Of a stretch of 64,000 nt of DNA, positions 48,599 through 60,187 are shown in pieces; the first letter of the stretch is position 1, and the number at the start of each line of letters is the position of its first letter. A program made the position numbers and the translations under genes. This DNA comes from Anaerolineales bacterium. Lineage in GTDB: Bacteria; Chloroflexota; Anaerolineae; Anaerolineales; Villigracilaceae. The DNA lies in assembly GCA_036385495.1 (NCBI GenBank), contig DASVKG010000004.1, forward strand, positions 12,085 through 76,084, written 5' to 3'. Under the pieces are notes generated by a model. The model was given only the letters and a program-made list of their open reading frames with translations. It was not told where the DNA came from and made no database searches.

Positions 48599-48627
48599 AT
48601 TATACAAACTTTTTTGCAATGAGTCAA
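48599..48627 (-). promoter_or_regulatory. Consensus-like promoter for the regulator / glycan operon
   Basis: Minus strand reads TTGACT (48627-48622), a 17-nt spacer, then TATAAT (48604-48599). Confidence 0.65.
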
Positions 48628-48753
48628 CTGCTTTGTGAGAAATGGTGCAAGTTATTATTATGGCCTGGCTGCTATTTTAGAGTAAAATACGATTCGCAGA
48701 GTGGTGAAGAGATTGACGAATTCCACTTTCTTGACGAAGGAGATATCTTTTTA

Positions 48754-49725
48754 ATGAATTACCCTCCCTTGCCAAATATCCCTTGGGAAGAACGGCCTGC
48801 GGGTTGTTCTGATGTAGTATGGCGCTACAGTGCCAACCCGATCATTCCCCGAAACCTGATCCATTCATCAAACAGTGTTTTCAACAGCGCTGTTGTACCT
48901 TTTCGGGATGGCTTTGCGGGTGTTTTCCGCTGTGACAATAAAAAGCGCGAGATGAATTTAAATCGCGGCTTCAGTAAAAATGGCATTGCATGGGAATTGG
49001 AAAATGATCCCATCGAATGGGTGTGTGATGACCCAGAAATTGGCTTATACCAATACCGATACGACCCGCGCGTGATCTGGCTGGAAGACCGCTTCTATGT
49101 GACCTGGTGTAATGGTTACCACGGTCCTACCATTGGCATCGGTTATACGTTCGATTTTGAAAAATTCCATTTCCTCGAAAACGCCCTACTACCATATAAC
49201 AGGAATGGAGTATTATTTCCCCGAAAAATTAATGGCAAATATATTATGCTCAACCGCCCAAGCGATAACGGCCATACCCCTTTTGGGGATATCTACCTGA
49301 GTCAAAGTCCCGACCTAATCCATTGGGGAGAGCACCGCTTCGTAATGGGTGTCAAAGGTGGCTGGCAAAGCACAAAGATCGGAGCCGGCCCGGTTCCCCT
49401 TGAAACACCTGAAGGGTGGCTGCTGTTTTATCACGGTGTGCTTACGTCGTGCAATGGATTTGTCTACAGCTTTGGAGCCGCGCTCCTAGATTTGGATCAA
49501 CCCTGGAAAGTAATTCATCGGGGAGGACCTTACCTACTTTCTCCCCAGACTTATTACGAATGTGTAGGTGATGTGCCAAATGTGGCATTCCCGTGTGCGA
49601 CATTATTCGACCAGCCTACAGGTAGAATTGCGATTTATTACGGCGGAGCGGATACTGTAACAGCTCTTGCATTTGCCCACCTAGATGAGGTAATTGATTT
49701 TTTAAAAACCACCTCAGAAATTTAG
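48754..49725 (+). CDS. GH130 beta-1,4-mannoside phosphorylase (mannosylglucose / mannooligosaccharide phosphorylase family)
   Basis: Conserved GH130 blocks: [55 protein letters not shown] and IYYGGADT. Start set to MNYPPL (ATG 48754, AAGGAG 11 nt upstream). The first 98 track residues run through the divergent promoter region. Confidence 0.85.
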   Translation: MNYPPLPNIPWEERPAGCSDVVWRYSANPIIPRNLIHSSNSVFNSAVVPFRDGFAGVFRCDNKKREMNLNRGFSKNGIAWELENDPIEWVCDDPEIGLYQYRYDPRVIWLEDRFYVTWCNGYHGPTIGIGYTFDFEKFHFLENALLPYNRNGVLFPRKINGKYIMLNRPSDNGHTPFGDIYLSQSPDLIHWGEHRFVMGVKGGWQSTKIGAGPVPLETPEGWLLFYHGVLTSCNGFVYSFGAALLDLDQPWKVIHRGGPYLLSPQTYYECVGDVPNVAFPCATLFDQPTGRIAIYYGGADTVTALAFAHLDEVIDFLKTTSEI

Positions 49726-49804
49726 CAATTGTTGAATGGAAAAGTGACACGCAAGACGTGTTGGCAAGAGATTTCTGCAAAAAATGGGTATATAACAAGT
49801 AACT

Positions 49805-49833
49805 AAAAACGCTTCTTCAGAGGCGTTTATTGT
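49805..49833. terminator. Terminator hairpin between convergent GH130 and lipid kinase genes
   Basis: AAACGCTTC / GAGGCGTTT stem with a TTCA loop, flanked by A-rich and T-rich sequence. Confidence 0.5.
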
Positions 49834-49844
49834 ATCCCGAACGA

Positions 49845-50750
49845 TTACGGCATCAGCATCTGTAACCTGCCAGGGTAAATATGATATTCAAGATCCTGGA
49901 TTGAGTTCGAGAAAAGTTCTCCATCCGTGTGTGCCGGTGATGGGTTATTAAGGTGGATTTTAATCCAAGTGGCATTCTTCTCAAAAATCCCGTCCATCTC
50001 AACATAACTTCCCGCATCAGGTTTCATGGCGCGGGGTAGGGTGGACAACATTGCCAGGCGAGTTGAACGATACCCATAAACAAAAGTCAATTTTCCGTCG
50101 AAGGGATCAGCATGAGGGATCATATAAAACACCCCTCCCGAACGAGCACCATTCCCGATTGTTACCAACGAGACCGGGCCATTGAACTCACCATCGTCCC
50201 ATTTAATATTCGCTACCCATTTTGGTCGTTCCATGATCGCCCATACTGCAGCAACCAAATATCGAAGAATGCCGCTGATCCAGGTAATCCGAATTTGCTT
50301 GGTCGTAACGTAGGGTTCAAGACCTGCAGCCGAATTATTGGCGAAATAGAGGTCATTGACCCTGCCAACATCCATTCGGCGCGTATTTCCAGTTTTAATA
50401 ATTAGAGCTGATGCCTGGAGATCCGTGGGTAAGTGTAAATTATATGCCATGTCATTAGCAGTCCCCAATGGGAGGATACCAAACGGACCCAACAAATCCT
50501 GCTCGGATTTTGCAGCATGTGCCAGCCCATTTACAGCTTCGCCAATCGTGCCGTCACCACCAGCGGCAATAATCGGGGAAAATCCTTTACGGGCGGCCTG
50601 TTCAGCCAATTCGATGATGTGACCCGGGCGTTCAGAGATAGCCAGATCGAAATCCACGCCCGCAGCCTTGAGGGCTGCTTCTGCCTGCGGCCAGCGTTCC
50701 CTGGCCTTCCAACGATTCGAATAGGGGTTGAGAATTACTTTAGCGGTCAT
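49845..50750 (-). CDS. Diacylglycerol-kinase-family lipid kinase (second copy)
   Basis: ILNPYSNRW, AAGGDGTIGEAVNGL and GTANDMA motifs. Paralog of 20624-21553. Confidence 0.8.
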   Translation of the reverse strand: MTAKVILNPYSNRWKARERWPQAEAALKAAGVDFDLAISERPGHIIELAEQAARKGFSPIIAAGGDGTIGEAVNGLAHAAKSEQDLLGPFGILPLGTANDMAYNLHLPTDLQASALIIKTGNTRRMDVGRVNDLYFANNSAAGLEPYVTTKQIRITWISGILRYLVAAVWAIMERPKWVANIKWDDGEFNGPVSLVTIGNGARSGGVFYMIPHADPFDGKLTFVYGYRSTRLAMLSTLPRAMKPDAGSYVEMDGIFEKNATWIKIHLNNPSPAHTDGELFSNSIQDLEYHIYPGRLQMLMP

Positions 50751-51013
50751 TTGATCCTCATTCTACCATTTATAATTTGCGGACTTATCACCTCATTCGG
50801 TATCTACACACAACCCAGCATTAGCAGGGGAAGCAGCGACTGATGAAAAAAATTACCATAGGAGCTGCCAAGATTGTATATGGACTTTTGTTATCCAGTC
50901 AAACCAAGCGAAATAGTAAAATACTAACCTTTAACATAGTAACAAGGAATTTGAAGGCCCAATTTGAGGCACCTGGACATAATTCGGGTGGATTGTTCAT
51001 CCCCCCGAACAGA

Positions 51014-51985
51014 TTATTCCACTATTACTTTCCAGGCTGAGGCTTTATCCAGGGCGGATTTTTCGGCAGGGGTGAGATGCACATCAATCGCGCCAAGATT
51101 GTCCTTCAATTGCTCAATCGAATTCGCTCCAATAATCGGGCTGGTTACGAGCGGGTCTGCCAGGAGCCATGCCAATGCAATCTGCGATATACTGGCACGC
51201 TTCTCTTTCGCCAACGCTTCCATCTGATCAAGGAGAGACCAATTACGCTCGTTAAAATAGCGTTTCGCCCCGCTGGATCGGGCCGAAATTGGGACAAGGT
51301 TGCGGCGGTATTTTCCGGTCAGGAATCCTCCTGCCAGAGGGCTATATGGAATGACGCCAAGATGATATGTCTTACATACTGCGGACAGTTCGCGCTCAAA
51401 TTCATCTCGATGGACCAGATTGTAGTGCGGCTGCAAGCTGTTGTAACGGGCCAGATCGTTCCGGTCCGAGTCCCAAAGGGCTTGCATCAATTCCCAGGCG
51501 GAATAGTTCGATGCACCCACAGACCGAACTTTCCCTTGCCTTACAAGTTCGTCAAAAGCACGCAGTGTCTCCTCAATGGGAGTCTTCTCATCCGGCCAGT
51601 GGGCTTGATAGAGATCAAGATGGTCCGTTTGCAAGCGACGCAATGAATTCTCGACCGCCTGCAGGATGTGCCTATGGGAAAGCCCTTCATCATCGGATCC
51701 GCCGCCCATATTGCCGCGCACTTTTGTGGCAATGATAATCTTTTCGCGTGAAATATTGTTTTGTTTCATCCATCGCCCGATAATCTGTTCAGCAACTCCC
51801 CCTGGATTCCCATCTGCCCAACGAGAATAGATATCTGCAGTGTCAATGAAATTAATACCTGCTTCGTATGCTGCGGTAAGGACGCGCTGCGACATAGCCT
51901 CATCGGCAGTCCAACCAAACTGCATGGTACCCAGGCAAATCGGAGAAACATTCAGACCAGTCAGCCCAAGAATCCGGTACTCCAC
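51014..51985 (-). CDS. Aldo/keto reductase
   Basis: [30 protein letters not shown], ..[10 protein letters not shown]. Start set to GTG 51985 with GGAGGTG 4 nt upstream. The track start at 52060 adds 25 atypical residues. Confidence 0.85.
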   Translation of the reverse strand: MEYRILGLTGLNVSPICLGTMQFGWTADEAMSQRVLTAAYEAGINFIDTADIYSRWADGNPGGVAEQIIGRWMKQNNISREKIIIATKVRGNMGGGSDDEGLSHRHILQAVENSLRRLQTDHLDLYQAHWPDEKTPIEETLRAFDELVRQGKVRSVGASNYSAWELMQALWDSDRNDLARYNSLQPHYNLVHRDEFERELSAVCKTYHLGVIPYSPLAGGFLTGKYRRNLVPISARSSGAKRYFNERNWSLLDQMEALAKEKRASISQIALAWLLADPLVTSPIIGANSIEQLKDNLGAIDVHLTPAEKSALDKASAWKVIVE

Positions 51986-52218
51986 AGAACACCTCCATCG
52001 CCCAAACGATAGAAAAAAAAGGATCTCTCCAATTTTCGCATTATTCAGGGTATTATCCAATCAAAATACTGAATTTACATGGTTCGTAATTTGCACCTGT
52101 GCTTAAAGCAACGTAAATCTGCCATTTTTTAGGTACCTAGTAATTTTACTTGATTTATCCAGATATTGCTCTACAGGAGACTCCGCGCTATAATCCGCAC
52201 ACACTAAGGAGTGATCCT

Positions 52219-52449
52219 ATGCCTGAACAAACTGCACAACCACGCAAACATTTTGAAAGTAAAATTTCCGAAGAGACACGTCAACATTTCCGCGCGGCAC
52301 GAGAGGAATTCCACAAGAGTATCGAAGGGATGCTCCCTCCACAGTTCGCCGAACACCACCGCAATGCCCGAAAAGAAATGCTGCTTGCATGGCGCAGCAT
52401 GATTGACGCCACGCTAGAACGGATGGAAGAGCGAAAGAAAAAGGCTTAA
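52219..52449 (+). CDS. Small charged helical protein, unknown function (76 aa)
   Basis: MPEQTAQPRKHF... with AAGGAG 7 nt upstream of ATG 52219, followed by a strong terminator. No family recognised. Confidence 0.5.
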   Translation: MPEQTAQPRKHFESKISEETRQHFRAAREEFHKSIEGMLPPQFAEHHRNARKEMLLAWRSMIDATLERMEERKKKA

Positions 52450-52458
52450 CCAATAATC

Positions 52459-52489
52459 AAGACCGCCCCGTTAGTGACGGGGCGGTCTT
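52459..52489. terminator. Terminator between convergent genes
   Basis: 12-bp stem AAGACCGCCCCG / CGGGGCGGTCTT. Confidence 0.65.
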
Positions 52490-52494
52490 CTCTC

Positions 52495-54192
52495 TTAGGG
52501 GTGGAACCGCCGAGAATTTGAACGACCAAAGAAGATAGTCCATATCAGAGATAAACCCGAAGATCCAAAAAGGATATAAGCCAAGAGTTCTTTTCCATTG
52601 CCGTAGAGCATAATACTACCAAGCAAAAGAGCGGCAAAAATGACACTGCCTGTCAACCGGTTGACAGCCTTTTCCAAGGAACCCATCTGGCGGCTGACCC
52701 CAGGTACCTGAACAGTCAAATCACCACGTTCCACCTGGCTTAGTACCCGTCCCATTTTCGTTGGGATGGTGATTAATTCTTTCAGCACATTCCCTAATTC
52801 GTCCAGCCAAACGCGCCAGTTGGAACCTACTTCCTGCGAGACCAGCTTGGTAGCGTATGGTGCCAGCTGATTCCACAGATTAAACTCCTTATCCAATCCA
52901 ACGCACATTCCTGATAAGATGGCGACAGTCCTTCCCAACATTAAAAGGTTTTGCGGGAGCTGGAATGGCATATTGTACATCAGGTCACGGAACCGGTCTG
53001 CAAAACGCATCATTTCTTCGGGGTTAAGCTGACGAATATCATCCATGGATTTACCCCAGAACATGTCAAACATCGACGCGCTCATTTGCTCAAGTTGTTC
53101 CAGATCCGTGCCGGGCAGGAGCACATGAAGGATCTGGAAGGAGCGAATTAACCGGGATGCATCCTGCATTCCTATGGCAACCAGCATTTCCCTAAGACCG
53201 CTGCGCAGGTTATCAGGGACATGTCCCACCATTCCGAAGTCCACAAAGGTGAGCCGCCAAGCTGGTTTCCCATTTTCCATTTGACCAGGTAGCGGCGTCA
53301 CAAACAGGTTTCCTGGGTGCGGGTCAGCATGAAAGAATCCATCCACAAAAATCTGTTTGAGGTAGGTGTCGAGCAAAGTATTCGCCACCTCTGACCGGTC
53401 GATACCAGCAGAATTGATGGCATCATAATCAGTGATTTTTATGGCAAACACATCTTCCAGTGTCAATACGCGGCGTGTAGTGTGACTCCAAACAACGCGT
53501 GGGACGTGGACTCGGGGTAAATCTTTGAAGTTTTCAGCAAAAACCTCGGCATTCCGACCCTCGGCAAGGTAGTCCACTTCTTCGCGAATGGTGGTGGAAA
53601 ATTCTCCCACCAGGGCGGATACATCCGCCCGTTTGGCAATGGGCGGGTATTTCTCCAACCAAGTTCCCACTTGTCTCAGGGCAGATAAATCCACTTCGAT
53701 TAATTGTTCAATGAAAGGGCGTTGGATTTTTACAACGACGTCGCAAAAATCTCCCCTGACATCATTCACACACAAACGGGCACGGTGTACCTGCCCAAGC
53801 GAAGCCGCTGCCAGCGGAGTTTCGTCGAACGAATTGAATTTCTCTTTCAGGGGAGCGCCCAGACCGGCCTCTGCTTCACGACGGATATCTCCAAATTTTT
53901 CCGGAGGCACCTCGTCCTGTAAACCTGACAACTCCTCAGTGATTTCGGGTGGAAGAACATCCAGCCGGGATGATAGGAATTGGCCGACTTTGATCATCAC
54001 TCCCCCCATGCGGATTGCCAAAAGTCGGAACTGCGCTGCAACCTGCCGGTAACGATTGGAACGCGTCCGGCGAGTTAAAGCTCGAAATCCGATGCGTGCC
54101 AGAATTAATTCCCAAAAAATAATTCCAAATGTGGTACGGGCGAAAAATATTATGATGCGCCAATAACGGAGGCGCAGTTGGGAAGCTTTCAT
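52495..54192 (-). CDS. ABC1/UbiB-family atypical kinase with C-terminal TM helices
   Basis: ABC1 domain motifs LGQVHRARL, HADPHPGN and VDFGMVG, plus two C-terminal TM helices. Confidence 0.8.
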   Translation of the reverse strand: MKASQLRLRYWRIIIFFARTTFGIIFWELILARIGFRALTRRTRSNRYRQVAAQFRLLAIRMGGVMIKVGQFLSSRLDVLPPEITEELSGLQDEVPPEKFGDIRREAEAGLGAPLKEKFNSFDETPLAAASLGQVHRARLCVNDVRGDFCDVVVKIQRPFIEQLIEVDLSALRQVGTWLEKYPPIAKRADVSALVGEFSTTIREEVDYLAEGRNAEVFAENFKDLPRVHVPRVVWSHTTRRVLTLEDVFAIKITDYDAINSAGIDRSEVANTLLDTYLKQIFVDGFFHADPHPGNLFVTPLPGQMENGKPAWRLTFVDFGMVGHVPDNLRSGLREMLVAIGMQDASRLIRSFQILHVLLPGTDLEQLEQMSASMFDMFWGKSMDDIRQLNPEEMMRFADRFRDLMYNMPFQLPQNLLMLGRTVAILSGMCVGLDKEFNLWNQLAPYATKLVSQEVGSNWRVWLDELGNVLKELITIPTKMGRVLSQVERGDLTVQVPGVSRQMGSLEKAVNRLTGSVIFAALLLGSIMLYGNGKELLAYILFGSSGLSLIWTIFFGRSNSRRFHP

Positions 54193-54387
54193 TCGACCTC
54201 CAAATTAACAGTCCGATTGTATCACCATACAAAAACCGTCCCACCCAGAAATATTTGTTTAGGCATGCCATGAAAGCCCAGAAACCGAGTGTTTACCCCT
54301 ATTATGGATTTCCCAAAACTTGTTTAAATAAATTCTCCGAAATTTAAGATGAGTAATTATCGATTGGTTTTGACGATCAAAATAACT

Positions 54388-54416
54388 TTGACAAATCCCC
54401 ATGCACCTGCTATACT
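54388..54416 (+). promoter_or_regulatory. Consensus-like promoter upstream of rnj
   Basis: TTGACA (54388-54393), a 17-nt spacer, then TATACT (54411-54416). Confidence 0.65.
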
Positions 54417-54520
54417 GACTCTGCCTTGATAGAATATCACTTTGGTGCACTATCGTAAAAAAAGTAAACTTTTACTGCCAAATGGCAGTTGGCAATCTCA
54501 CAATTTATCCGTTCCACTTA

Positions 54521-54557
54521 CCCCTGCAAAATGCAAGGGGCGTTTTGTGTTTTATTT
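54521..54557 (+). terminator. Terminator-like hairpin inside the rnj leader
   Basis: CCCCTGCA / TGCA(A)GGGG stem with one bulge, followed by CGTTTTGTGTTTTATTT. It lies 30 nt before the rnj ATG. Confidence 0.5.
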
Positions 54558-54588
54558 AATGGGCGGGTAGAATAATAAAGGAAATAAA

Positions 54589-56232
54589 ATGAGTAAAGAA
54601 CAAAAATTACGAATCATTCCCATTGGTGGCCTGGGCGAAGTGGGCAAAAACATGATGGCCTACGAGTACGGCGGTCGTATCCTGGTGGTGGACGCCGGGC
54701 TGATGTTCCCAGACAACGATATGCTGGGGGTGGATTACATTATCCCGGACTTCCAGTATTTGCGTGACAATGCAACCCGTGTGGACGGGATTTTCATTAC
54801 CCACGGACACGAAGACCATATAGGTGCCATCCAACACTTGCTGGCAGTTGTGCCCGCTCCGGTTTATGCCACTCCACTTACCCGGGGACTGATCGATGTC
54901 AAACTGGCTCGAAATGGTCTTTCGGGGAAGTCCGATCTGAGGACAGTGCAGGCCGGTGAAACAGTTCAGATTGGTCAGTTCCAGGTGGAAACCTTCCATG
55001 TTTGCCACTCCATCCCGGATGCCATTGGCCTGGGCATCACCACCCCCGTCGGATTAATTGTCCACACCGGCGACTACAAGTTTGATCAGACACCGGTGGA
55101 TAACTGGCCGACAGATTTTGCCAAACTGGCTGAGTTTTCAGCGCGTGGAGTGGCTGTCTTGCTTGGCGACTCGACCAATGCCGAACGCCCGGGCTGGACA
55201 CCCTCCGAGCGAGTGATCGGCCCAGCTTTTGACGAGGTTTTTCGGATTGCCCCGGGTCGTATTATCATCGCGACCTTTGCATCCCTCATTGCCCGGATGC
55301 AGCAAGTGGCCAACGCTGCGGTACGACATAACCGCAAAATGGCTTTTGTGGGGACGAGCATGGTGGATAACGCCAAGATCGCTCAAAAGATGGGTTACCT
55401 TGAAATACCAGAAAAATCTCTAGTCAGCCTGGACGAAGCTTTGCACTTGCCAGATAAAGAGGTGGTATTGATGTGTACCGGTTCCCAAGGGGAACCGTCG
55501 TCCATCATCGGACGGCTCGCCACCGGCACCAACCGCCAATTCGACGTTCAAAGCGGCGATACAATCGTGCTCTCATCACATCCCATTCCCGGAAACGAAG
55601 AAGCCATCAGCAAAACAATCAACCGTCTCATGCGGCGGGGGGCAGAGGTGGTCCATGAGGCCATCTCGCCGGTACATGTATCAGGTCACGCCAGTTCGGA
55701 GGAAATGAAACTCCTGCTCAATCTGGTACGACCCACTTTCTTTATACCCATCCATGGCGAACTCCACCAGTTAAGACGGCATGCCAACCTGGCAAAACAA
55801 GTCGGCATCCCGACGGAGAATATCGCTGTTGTTGAGAATGGGCAGGTGGTAGAACTAGCCGATGGCAAACTCTCGTTAGCCGAACGCATGCCGGGGGGAT
55901 ATATTTTCGTCGAAGGCGATAGCGTAGGCGAAATTGACCTGGACGTGATGCGCGAGCGTGAGCAACTGGCACGTTCCGGTATTGTCCTTATAACTGCAAC
56001 ACTTGACAAATATTCCAACCGCTTATTAAAAGACCCAGAGGTCATCACGCGAGGTTTCATCTCCCCTGAAGATGCTGAGACACTCGTCCCAGCTGTCCAA
56101 AAAAAGGTTACCGACCTGGTTAATAGCGGCGGCTCGGATGACGAAAAAACAATCACCAACGCTGTGAGAAGTCTGCTTCGCAACCAGACCGGCCGCAGGC
56201 CAATGATCTTTGTGGCGGTGACGAAAGCTTAA
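54589..56232 (+). CDS. rnj: Ribonuclease J
   Basis: Metallo-beta-lactamase/beta-CASP nuclease: IIPIGGLGEVGKNM, THGHEDHIGA and HVSGHAS, plus the C-terminal domain. Confidence 0.92.
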   Translation: MSKEQKLRIIPIGGLGEVGKNMMAYEYGGRILVVDAGLMFPDNDMLGVDYIIPDFQYLRDNATRVDGIFITHGHEDHIGAIQHLLAVVPAPVYATPLTRGLIDVKLARNGLSGKSDLRTVQAGETVQIGQFQVETFHVCHSIPDAIGLGITTPVGLIVHTGDYKFDQTPVDNWPTDFAKLAEFSARGVAVLLGDSTNAERPGWTPSERVIGPAFDEVFRIAPGRIIIATFASLIARMQQVANAAVRHNRKMAFVGTSMVDNAKIAQKMGYLEIPEKSLVSLDEALHLPDKEVVLMCTGSQGEPSSIIGRLATGTNRQFDVQSGDTIVLSSHPIPGNEEAISKTINRLMRRGAEVVHEAISPVHVSGHASSEEMKLLLNLVRPTFFIPIHGELHQLRRHANLAKQVGIPTENIAVVENGQVVELADGKLSLAERMPGGYIFVEGDSVGEIDLDVMREREQLARSGIVLITATLDKYSNRLLKDPEVITRGFISPEDAETLVPAVQKKVTDLVNSGGSDDEKTITNAVRSLLRNQTGRRPMIFVAVTKA

Positions 56233-56256
56233 CGGTAAAAGGGAAGTATTCTATTG

Positions 56257-56302
56257 ATGATAAAAATATCGCGCACCCATTGGTGCGCGATATTTTTATC
56301 AT
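56257..56302. terminator. Bidirectional terminator between rnj and eno
   Basis: About 21-bp stem ATGATAAAAATATCGCGCACC / GGTGCGCGATATTTTTATCAT with a 4-nt loop. Confidence 0.8.
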
Positions 56303-56313
56303 TTATCCGACTT

Positions 56314-59296
<2,983 letters not shown>

Positions 59297-59306
59297 GATC
59301 ACCTCT

Positions 59307-59355
59307 CAAAAAACAAAGGACGTGGGGAGGGCCGTTTAGTGGCTTCCTCCCCACG
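59307..59355 (-). terminator. Terminator-type leader hairpin immediately upstream of the pyrG SD
   Basis: 10-bp perfect GC-rich stem CGTGGGGAGG / CCTCCCCACG (59321-59355). On the minus strand it is followed by TCCTTTGTTTTTT, then GAGAGGTGATC-ATG. Confidence 0.6.
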
Positions 59356-59397
59356 CGGGTTGACAGGCGCAGCCAAAAGGCTGTGAGAAAATTTGCT

Positions 59398-59778
59398 TCA
59401 TCCGACCAATTTGACCAGGTCCTCTGCGGCCCGGCGCATCTCCAGGAAAATGATACCTAGTTTGCCCTCCTGACGAGCCAGTGCGGTCAACACAGCTTCC
59501 GAGCCAACTGAAGTCAGGATAATAAAGCCATTGCTGCCTTTAATATAGACCTGGTTCAAACCACCACGACCAAGTTCCTCAGAGATCCGCTCGCCCAAAC
59601 TGAGCATCGCCGCTGACATGGCTGATACACGGTCTTCTTCTACCTCGGCAGGTAGAGCCGAGGCCATTATTAATCCGTCCACAGAAACGATCGCAGAGGC
59701 TTCAATATCCGGTGCGGCGGCCTGCATGGAGCGCAGGCGGTTAACCATCTGTTCGCTGCGATTTTGATTCATTCTCAA
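59398..59778 (-). CDS. Roadblock/LC7 (MglB-like) domain protein
   Basis: 126 aa. The pattern AIVSVDGLIMAS...MSAAMLSLGE...FIILT is typical of Robl_LC7. Confidence 0.7.
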   Translation of the reverse strand: MRMNQNRSEQMVNRLRSMQAAAPDIEASAIVSVDGLIMASALPAEVEEDRVSAMSAAMLSLGERISEELGRGGLNQVYIKGSNGFIILTSVGSEAVLTALARQEGKLGIIFLEMRRAAEDLVKLVG

Positions 59779-59862
59779 ACTCCAAAGGGCATTTTTCAGA
59801 AGATTTTGTAATTATACGGGAAACTTGGAAATTGTGCATGTTTTTCTGAATGCAAATGTTCA

Positions 59863-60186
59863 CTAATATCTTTTGACCAATAACTTCCAAAAAGTTCGGC
59901 GGATGAAGTTGCCTGCCAAAGCCCCGATAAAAACCGCCACGACCAATCCCCCAAAAAAAACGATGCAGGTCAAGTTAGTCAACACATTTGCAGAGAGGGT
60001 TTGTAAAAACATTTGATCATTAAAGAGGAGAAACAATGCAATCCAAAACCCTAGGCACAAAACGACGGAGGTGAATGTCAGTGCATTGACAACGCGCCCG
60101 GCACAGGTATGTTCCAGCGCCCGGTAAGACTGGCTGGCTGCGGTCAGTTTGCCAGATTTCTGCAAGCTCCTCAATCGTTTTTTCAT
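59863..60186 (-). CDS. Small membrane protein (3 TM), unknown function
   Basis: 107 aa. The start abuts the guaB stop (1-nt gap). Three hydrophobic helices. Confidence 0.5.
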   Translation of the reverse strand: MKKRLRSLQKSGKLTAASQSYRALEHTCAGRVVNALTFTSVVLCLGFWIALFLLFNDQMFLQTLSANVLTNLTCIVFFGGLVVAVFIGALAGNFIRRTFWKLLVKRY

Positions 60187-60187
60187 T

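Noticed and set aside
48460-48753. N-terminal 98-residue extension of the GH130 ORF, and similar upstream extensions of the eno, GH2, GH3, GH94-2, LacI, AKR, RR and GT-C genes in the track.
   Set aside because: The extensions run through promoter or operator regions or through the preceding gene. They lack homology-like sequence, and internal starts have proper SDs and canonical family N-termini.
50843-51040. 65-aa ORF MKKITIGAAKIVYG... in the gap between the lipid kinase and AKR genes.
   Set aside because: It has no clear SD and overlaps the AKR 3' end. The composition after the first 20 residues is not protein-like. It cannot be supported from sequence alone.
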